Positions 23,801 through 32,800 of a stretch of 34,598 nt of DNA are shown here, piece after piece. Below the pieces are notes generated by a model. The model was not told the origin of the DNA. It worked only from the letters and a program-made list of their open reading frames with translations, and made no database searches. The DNA comes from Catajapyx aquilonaris (Eukaryota): positions 1 to 34,598 of the forward strand of contig JYFJ02004120.1 in NCBI GenBank assembly GCA_000934665.2. The letters run 5' to 3'. Both the position numbers and the translations under genes were made by a program. The first letter of the stretch is position 1, and each line of letters starts with the position of its first letter.

Positions 23801-26800
23801 GTTTCAATTTTCAGAGCGTTTGTATTGGCGCACGTGGATTGGACTGTATATCCTGGACAAGCCAATCAAATATAATTGGACTGATTCTACTCACGTGGAA
23901 GAGAGTCATCTCACTTGGCTCTATGAGGTCGAACCCACGTTTGCTAAAGGGTATTGCGTAGAACTAACTGAAGGAAGTGGGAGATTGAACTACACTAAAT
24001 GCACCGAGACACATAACTTTGCCTGCGAAGTACCAAACGTGACTGGTAAATATTGGTGTTATTAATGATGTTTTCAGGTCCTTAGAAATGTTTTACATGG
24101 ATTTGTTCCAGTTTCACAAGCATGTCCACCTGACTGGAGGTGGATAGAAACGAATTGCTACTACTTTTCGACTGTCAAGCTCAGTTGGATAGAGGCGGAG
24201 AAGTATTGCCGCCAGGAAAAAGGGGCAGATTTGGTCCATTTCCGTTCCAAAGAGCAGCAGTCTGAACTAGCAAGTAAGTCATTCTTAGACAAAGAATTAC
24301 GTACGACTTCAACATAAATAAAAAATTACTGAAATTTACCAGGACTGTTTTCCAGGTAAAACTGTTGAAAGCATTTGGATGGACATAAAAGCTAGCATAG
24401 AGACAAATAAGTCAATAATGTGCAAACACAGGGTGATTCTCTCGAATCGAAACCCAAACATTCCCCAATAACTTTTTAACTATGGTATGGTGCCCGATGA
24501 AAATTGACTTGTACTTACCTTGCACCATGCCAAACAAGGTCTGACTAAAGAATATACCAAAAGTGGTCCCCTCCAGAATCCAAGAATTTTTTAATGCGAG
24601 TCTGCATATTGCGGAAGATTCCTGCAGATGTGGACACTGACTTGTCAGGAGCGAAACACTTGCTTGGCGAGAGGGCATTTCAAGACCACTGGAACAGTCC
24701 AATTCGTTTTGGGGGATGATGTTTTGTTTTGTTTTTTTCTCGCGGAGTTTGTTGAAGGGCTGTGTATACAAAAATAACCCTCGAACAATTGATGCTCTCA
24801 ACAACAGCTTGCGGCGTCCTGTGGGCAGGAGATTAATGCCATCCCTGCCGCCACATCTGCAGGAGTCTTCGGCAATATGCAGACTTGCATTAAAAAATTA
24901 TTTGATGCTGGAGGGGACCACTTTTGGTATGTTCTTTAGTCAGACCTTGTTTGACATGGTACAAGGTAAGTACATGTCAATTTCATCGGGAACCATACCA
25001 TAGTTAAAAAGTTATTGAGGAATGTTTGGGTTGCCATTCTGGAGAATCACCCTGCATATTAAAACTTAAACTAGCAAAGTCACAAAGGTTTATCGCATTA
25101 TCCTGTATGGAATATCATTTGGTCCAATATTTATTCTGATGTACTCTCATTGATGTGTCAGAAAACTGTCGTTGTCTAATAGAGAAGATTCCACATTACA
25201 GCACTTTAATTTTTGAACAAATGTTACCGCTGTTCAATACATTCCGTTGAATTTATTCCATATTTCAATTTCCAGCGCGTTTGTATTGGCACATGTGGAT
25301 TGGACTCTATATCCTGGACAAGCCAATCAAATATATATGGACTGATACTACTAATCCAGTGGAAGAGACTCATGTCACTTGGGATGGAGTTGCACCCACG
25401 TATGCTGAAGGGAATTGCGTGGAACTAGTCCCACATGAAACTGACGAAAAGGGGAGATTGAAGTACACTAACTGCAATGAGCGATTTAACTTTGCCTGCG
25501 AACTACCAAACGTGACTGGTAAATATTGGTGTTAATAATGATGTTTTCAGGTCCTTAGAAATGTATTACATGGATTGGTTCCAGTTCCTCAAACATGTCT
25601 GCCTGACTGGAGAAGGATTGGAACGAGTTGCTACTACTTTTCGACCGACCCGGACACGTGGACAAACGCGAAGGAGTATTGCCTGGGAAAAAGTGCAGCT
25701 ATGGTCAATTTCACTGGAAAAGGGCAGCAGTCTGAACTAGCAAGTAAGTCATTCTTAGACAAAGAATTTTGTATGACTTCAACGTAAATTAAAAATTACT
25801 GAAATTTACCTGGACTGTTTTTCAGGTAAAATGGTTGAATCCGTTTGCTAACATAGAAACAAATAAGTCAATAATTTGCAAATATATTAAAACTTGAACG
25901 AACCAATTCTTTATCGCATTGTCTTGTGTAGAATATCATTTTGCCCAATATTTATTCTGATGTACTCTCATTGATGTGTCAGAAAACTGTCGTTGTCCAT
26001 TAGAGAAGATTCCATATTACAGCACTTTAATTTTTGAACATGTGTTTTTCTGGTGTTCCGTACATTCCGTTCAATTCCATATTTTAATTTTCAGAGCATT
26101 TGTTTGATCACATGTGGATTGGGCTCTATATGCTGGACAGCCCAATCAAATATAATTGGACTGATTCTACTGTAGTGGAAGAGAGTCATCTCACTTTTGA
26201 TCCGCCTGTAACCATGTATGATGAAGACAAGTGCATAGAACTAGCGATAACAGGGAATTTGATGTACACTGAATGCAGCAATGAATTTAACTTTGCCTGC
26301 AAATTAACAACCGTGACTGGTAAGTGTTGGTGTTAATAATGATATTTTCGGGTCCGTAGTAGAAATGTTTTACATGGATTGGTTACATTTTTAGGAGCAT
26401 GTCCGCCCGACTGGAAGAGGAGACTATTCAGTTGCTTCTACTTTTCAAATGTCAAGCTCAATTGGACAGCTTCGATTAGTTATTGCAAGGGCTTGCACGA
26501 AAATGCAGATTTGGCCAGTTTCAGTGATGAATTGGATCAGTCTTATGTTGCAAGTAAGTCATTCTTGGACAAAGACTTACGTAAATAAACCGTGTAAAAT
26601 TATTGTAATTAACTTGACTATTTTTCAGGTGATATGGTTGATGGCGTTTGGATAGGCCTTCATTACAATTCTTCTCGTGATGAATGGATTTGGTCGGACG
26701 GCAGTACAAATGACTACCACATGTGGAATACAAAGGAGCCCAATTGCTTGGACACCGACAAGTGTGCCAAGTTACTTTTCGAAAAAGTGTGGAGTGACCT

Positions 26801-29800
26801 TCCTTGCGATGATGAACATCACTTTGTCTGCAAAAGAGCTCTGCAAGGTACGGACATTTTATTTACAAAATAATCTACCATCACGTTACTGCGCTTTTAA
26901 TGAAGCCAATCCATGTCCGTCTGGATGGATCAGAAATGACACTAGATGTTACAACTTATCTCGAGATAAACTGCAATGACTCCCGCCTCTTCAGGAATGT
27001 GGCAGTTTAGACGAACTAGCTATTCTGGTTACAATGGTTGACGAAAGTGAATACAACTTTGGTAAAGCAACATGCGATATGTACAGTAGCACATTTAAAA
27101 CCTTTGAATAGCTCATCTTTACGGTGTCTAGGATCAGTTTCCCATTATCCGACACCCATGTCATTAGCCCGGATAATCGGGAGGACAGCGTAATTCCAGC
27201 GTGGGTAAGAATCCTTGCTTTCACATGCACTAGGGTAAGATACGCTTACTTCCTACACTTTTCTTCGACTGGCAAGTTTAGGATTGCGTAAGACTACTTT
27301 ATTGCCAAGGACAAGTCAGCGATATGGTCTACTACGCTATTTAAATTGAATGTACGTAATCTCTCCACAGCATTGAAGCTGTTCTCAGCACAAATTGTTC
27401 CAATCGTTTTACACAATCCTCATGTATGGAGTCTTGATTATTTATGAGATATGGAACGATTGCAGCTGTTCTATATCAAGCGATGTTTCTCCCACCGAAC
27501 AGGGCAAACTACTTTGTACGTTTAGAATCCGGCCGCTGCACTTTATCGGTCAATGTCTTCAAATTTATGCTTAAATGGCTGATCAGCCTAACAATCATGT
27601 CATAAGAGCGTATGACCAGTTTCTGAAGAGATGTTTCGATTATGCGGTGAAGAAGAGATTACTGTACAAAGCTAACTGGATTAACAAAGTCGCTTCTCTT
27701 TTGTCAAAAGCAGGCAGTACATGGGACAGTTGGTCGAGTTCTCCATCCTTACCTGTAGCTCCCACATTGACAGCCCAATACGTATATGCCACCATTAAAA
27801 ACGATTATGCAGAATTAAGGGACTCTTCCAGATACGAGAATTACGCCGAACAATTTTTTGTTATAAATTTATTTATATCCCATTGGGAGAATCGGCGCTC
27901 CATTAGGGGCGTGGGGTACCCCCATTGGATGGGGCCAAGGATAGGGAAGGAAGGTGGCTATTATACGGAAACAACCCCGGAATTATCCTAGAAAGACGGT
28001 GGTAAACCACGGTCAGGGTTGCTGGCCCCAGGATTCGAACCCAGGACCTTCCGATTAGCAGGGGAGGTCCTTAACAACCACACCCACTTGCTTCGGTGTT
28101 AGTGAATATTATGACGGCAGATATTCAAACCAACAGCTGCTGGGTGTAGCATGAATATTGCAACACTATGAGCCAACATGTGGCAAGAAAAGCTTCTTTT
28201 TAAAGCATCCATGTTTTGATCGTTTTTGCAAATATTTATTTGGCGCATCATGAGCAAATATGCACCAATTTTTCCTCGATTCAAATTGTATAAAAACTGG
28301 AAGCGTCTGCTCCAGCACAGTCAGTCGAGATCTGTTTGCTCAGCAGTGCAGAAATGTGTTACTGTTGTGCAATAGGTTGGATAGGTTTCCTGCATTATTT
28401 TATTGGCTGCAAATTTTTACACAGTTGTTATAATAGAGCTCTTCTTGTAAGTGTGTCTTTCCCGTTGTATTAACAGAGAGCAAGCCATGTCCCGAAGATT
28501 GGGAATACTACGGAGATCACTGCTATCAAATCCATAAAAAACCACAACCATGGAACGATGTTGTGAAGACTTGCCGAAACTTATACCCTGCTGGAGCTGA
28601 CATGGCCAGTTTCCACAGTGATATAGAAGCTAACGTGGTGACAAGTAAGTCAATTATTTGCAAGTATATTAAAACTTGAACTAACAAAATTACAAAGGTT
28701 TATCGCATTATTCTGTATGGAATATCATTTTGTCCAATATTTATTCTGATGTATTCTCATTGATGTGTCAGAAAATTGTCTTTGTCTATTAGACAAGATT
28801 CGATATTACAGTACTTTAATTTTTGAACATGTGCTGTTGGTGTCCCATACATTCCGTTGAATTGCATGTTTCAATTTTCAGAGTATTTGTATACACGCAT
28901 GTGGATTGGACTCCAGTACCTGGGGAAGACAGGCGGATTGGCATGGAGTGATGGTACTCAAGTGTATGAGGATTATCTCACTTGGAAGGATAATAAGAAA
29001 CCCGACTCTCCTGAAGAGAAGTGCATCGAACTAGTCCTAAAGAAAACTGATTACACAAACAACATCGAAACAGTGACATTGAATGACAATAACTGCGACA
29101 GGCAATTTAACTTTGCCTGCAAATTAACAAACGTGGCAGGTAAATATTGGTGTTAACAAGGATATTTTCATGTCCGTAGAAATATTTTACAGGGATTGAT
29201 TCCATTTTTAGAAGGATGTCCGACTGGCTGGAAGGGTCGAGGGTCGAGTTGCTACTACTTTTCTACTTCATCGACCACATGGACAGAGGCAAGGAAGTAT
29301 TGCGTGGAAAAGAAAAGTGCAGATTTGGTCAGCTTCAATGACAAAGGGGAGCAGTCTTTCCTCGGAAGTAAGTCATTCTTTGACAAAGAATAACGTACAA
29401 CTTCAGCATAAATTAAAAATTATTGTAATTAATCTGGACTGGTTTTCAGGTGAAATGGTTCAAGACTTTTGGATAGGCTATTATTACCATGAGGGATGGT
29501 GGTGGGCGGACAAAAGCCCAGTTGATTACGTGAGATGGAAAGAAGGCCAGGCCGATGATTTAGAAAATGGACGCTGTACCCACGTACTTGTCGCAAATAA
29601 GTGGGTCAACCATCCATGCCAATATAAGCGTCCCTTTGTCTGCAAATTCCCTGTGCAAGGTACGGACATTATATTTACAAATGTATCATCACAGTACTGC
29701 ACATTTAATATTATAGACGGCAATTCACTACCGAGTTACTGGCGCTGGTCCAGAATTGGTCCGAAACTGACAATCCAAACGTGACTGCCTGATTGCCTGC

Positions 29801-32800
29801 TTGTTATTACTTTAGGATACTGCCGTTTATTAACATTCGAACCTCCATCAACCCCCAATAAGATGGTCAGTTACATGATTCTTGTAGGAAAACTGACGTA
29901 TAATGTGCTGATGAAAATACACTGTACCGGTACTCCCGATTATCCGTGCATCGCCAAATGAAAGTCAGAATAATGTTAATAAGTCTCATAAACGAAATTT
30001 TTTTACAGGTTTTATCTAGAAGACAAACTAAAATCTATGCCCTATGGTACCATGGTTTATCATTTGTGATTTTCAATTTTATTAGTTAATTTCTTTATAT
30101 GGCAATAAACATGTATGCTGCTTTCTGTAAGGTTTAATCAAAATAATAGAACTTACCATCTAGATTTTTAGTTTGTCTTCTATAAAAAAGTCTGTTATAT
30201 TTCTTCGTTTGCGAAACGCATTGATATATTTTTGGACTTATTATTTGAATCTAATTTTTTAGTGAAGGCAGAACCAGTATACTAGTGTGACCGTAATGAG
30301 GTGCACAAAGATATGGGTTCAAGTTCAGTACAGTTTATTTGCCGAAGTGAAAAGGGTAGGTAAAAAGGAAAGGGAAGGAGAGAGGGAATGACCAGTGGCC
30401 AGCATGGGGTTCCATGCAGGGAGAGGGAGAGAATCCATTCAGATGGCAGTCGACTGGGGCGTCCGGAAGGAACTGGACCTGCTTTGTATTCAAGAACCTC
30501 ACATTTCATCTGTGCAGCACAAGAGGAGCTTCTCGACTGATGCGGAGTCAGGTGACAGGGTTGCCTTGGTAATAATTAATAGGGATCTGCGAGTGGTATG
30601 GTTGGAGGACCTCTCGACTTGGAGGAGTGGGAGTTGGAGATCTGGAATTTCTACTGGCCGCAATTTACTTGGCCCCAAGGCTCTCGTTAGGTTGGATAGT
30701 AACATCCTTTCCTGGAGCTCTGATATAGGTTATTATGGGCGACTTCAATGCTCGTGCCACGTATTGGGGAGACAGATTCGACAATTGCCGAGGACACCAG
30801 GTCATCGATTGGGCTGTGCGCTGGGACCTTTCCCTTCCCACCAACCCGACGCAGGGCCCAATGTTTGTCTCCCCCAACGGCCAGAGCTATATTGACCTGA
30901 ACTGGGTTCGGGGATTTCACGCGACAGATTGACGAATCACCAATGTGACAAATGCGCCAACATGTGGGAAGGAAAACTTCTTTTTAAACCATAATCAAAC
31001 GTGCACCGTTTCTTCATTAATTCAAATCGTATACAAACTCGGAAGCGTCTGCTCCAGCACAGTCTGTCGAGATCTGTTTGCTCACCAGGGCAGAAGTATG
31101 TTACTGTTGTGTCAGTACAATAGTTTGCACATTTCATGCATTATTATCTTATTGACTGCAAATTTTCACGCAGGTTGTTATGATAGAGCTCTCCTTGTAA
31201 GCGTGTCTTTCCCGTTGTATTAACAGGGAGCAACAGGTTGTGTCCCAACCATTGGATAGACTACGGAGATAACTGCTATCGCATTTCTCAAGATAAACGA
31301 ACATGGGCCCATGCTCGACAGGCCTGCCAAGAATTAGCATGTGGAACTGATTTGGCCAGCATACACAGTGATGTGGAAGCTGACGGAGTGTCAGGTAAGT
31401 CAATAATTTGCAAATATATTAAAACTCTAAGCAACAAAGTCACAAATGTTTATCACATTATCCTGTATGGATTTTGTCCAATATTTATTCTGATAATGTA
31501 CTCTCATTGATGTGTCAGAAAACTGTCTTTGTCCATTAGAGATGATTCTATATTTCAGCATGTTCATATTTGAACATGTTTTTCCGCTGTTCAATACATT
31601 CTTTTGAAGTGCATATTTCAATTTCCAGTGCCTTTGTATGGGCACTTGTGGATTGGACTCAATTCCCGAGATGAATATACATGGAGTGATGGTACTCAAG
31701 TGAATGAGAATAATGTCCAGTGGGAGGTAAGTCTAGGTCAACCCAACTCTGAAGCCGAGAAGTGCGCAGTACTATTCGCATCAGGGCGATTGCATGACTA
31801 CGACTGCGAAAATGAATATGCCTTTGTCTGCAAATTTAAAAACCAGACAGGTAAATAATGGTGTTAATGATGATACGTTCAGGTCCACAGAAATAATGTT
31901 TTACATGGAATGGTTCCATTTTTAGGAGATTGTCCGGCTGACTGGATCTGGAGGAGAGAATCGAGTTGCTACCACTTTTCTCATATCAAGACCACCTGGA
32001 AAGAGGCGAGGGACTATTGCGTGAAATTAAAGGAAGGTGCCGATTTGGTCAGTTTCAGTGATGACAAGGAGCAGTCTGAACTAGCAAGTAAGTCATTCTT
32101 AGACAAAGAATTACCTATGGCTTCTACATAAATAAAAAAAAGTACTGTAATTAACCTGCCCTGTTTTTCAGGTAAAGTTTCAGACACTGATTTTACGGAC
32201 GAAAATGGGAATGGTAAGTCAATAATTAGCAAATATATTAAAAACTTGAACTAGCAAAGTCTCAAAGGTTTATTGCATTATCCTGTATGGAATATTATTT
32301 TGTCTGATATTCATTCTGATGTACTCTCATTGATCTGTCAGAAAACTGTGTTTGTCTATTAGAGAAGAATCTATATTACAGTAGGCCTACTTTAATTTTT
32401 GAACGTGTGTTGCTGGTGTTCAGTACATTCCGTTGAATTTCATCTTTAAATTTTCAGAGATTCCGTCTTTTATAACGTGGACTGGATTCAATTCCCTGGA
32501 CCTATGGACATATAGTGATGGTAATAAAGTGGTTGACGATACTCTCACTTGGGAGACAGGTGAACCCAGCACTGCTAAAAAGCAGTGCATAGAAATAATC
32601 TTAGATAGTGCTGGCCAAAGAGGGTATTTGAAGAGCAGTACCTGCGACAGGCAGTTTAACTTTGCCTGCGAATTTACAACCGAGACAGGTAAATATGGCT
32701 GTTAATAATGATATTTTCAGGTCCGTAGAAATGTTGGATTTGTTACATTTTTAGGAGCGTGTCCGACTGACTGGAAGATAAGAGAATCGACTTGCTACTA

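Noticed and set aside
26977..26979. Selenocysteine or readthrough TGA
   Set aside because: It aligns to a conserved Trp (TGG>TGA), not a Cys, and the exon has no partner half-domain.
28020..28098. tRNA gene
   Set aside because: Only a B-box is clear, there is no convincing acceptor stem, and it continues into a SINE-like body.
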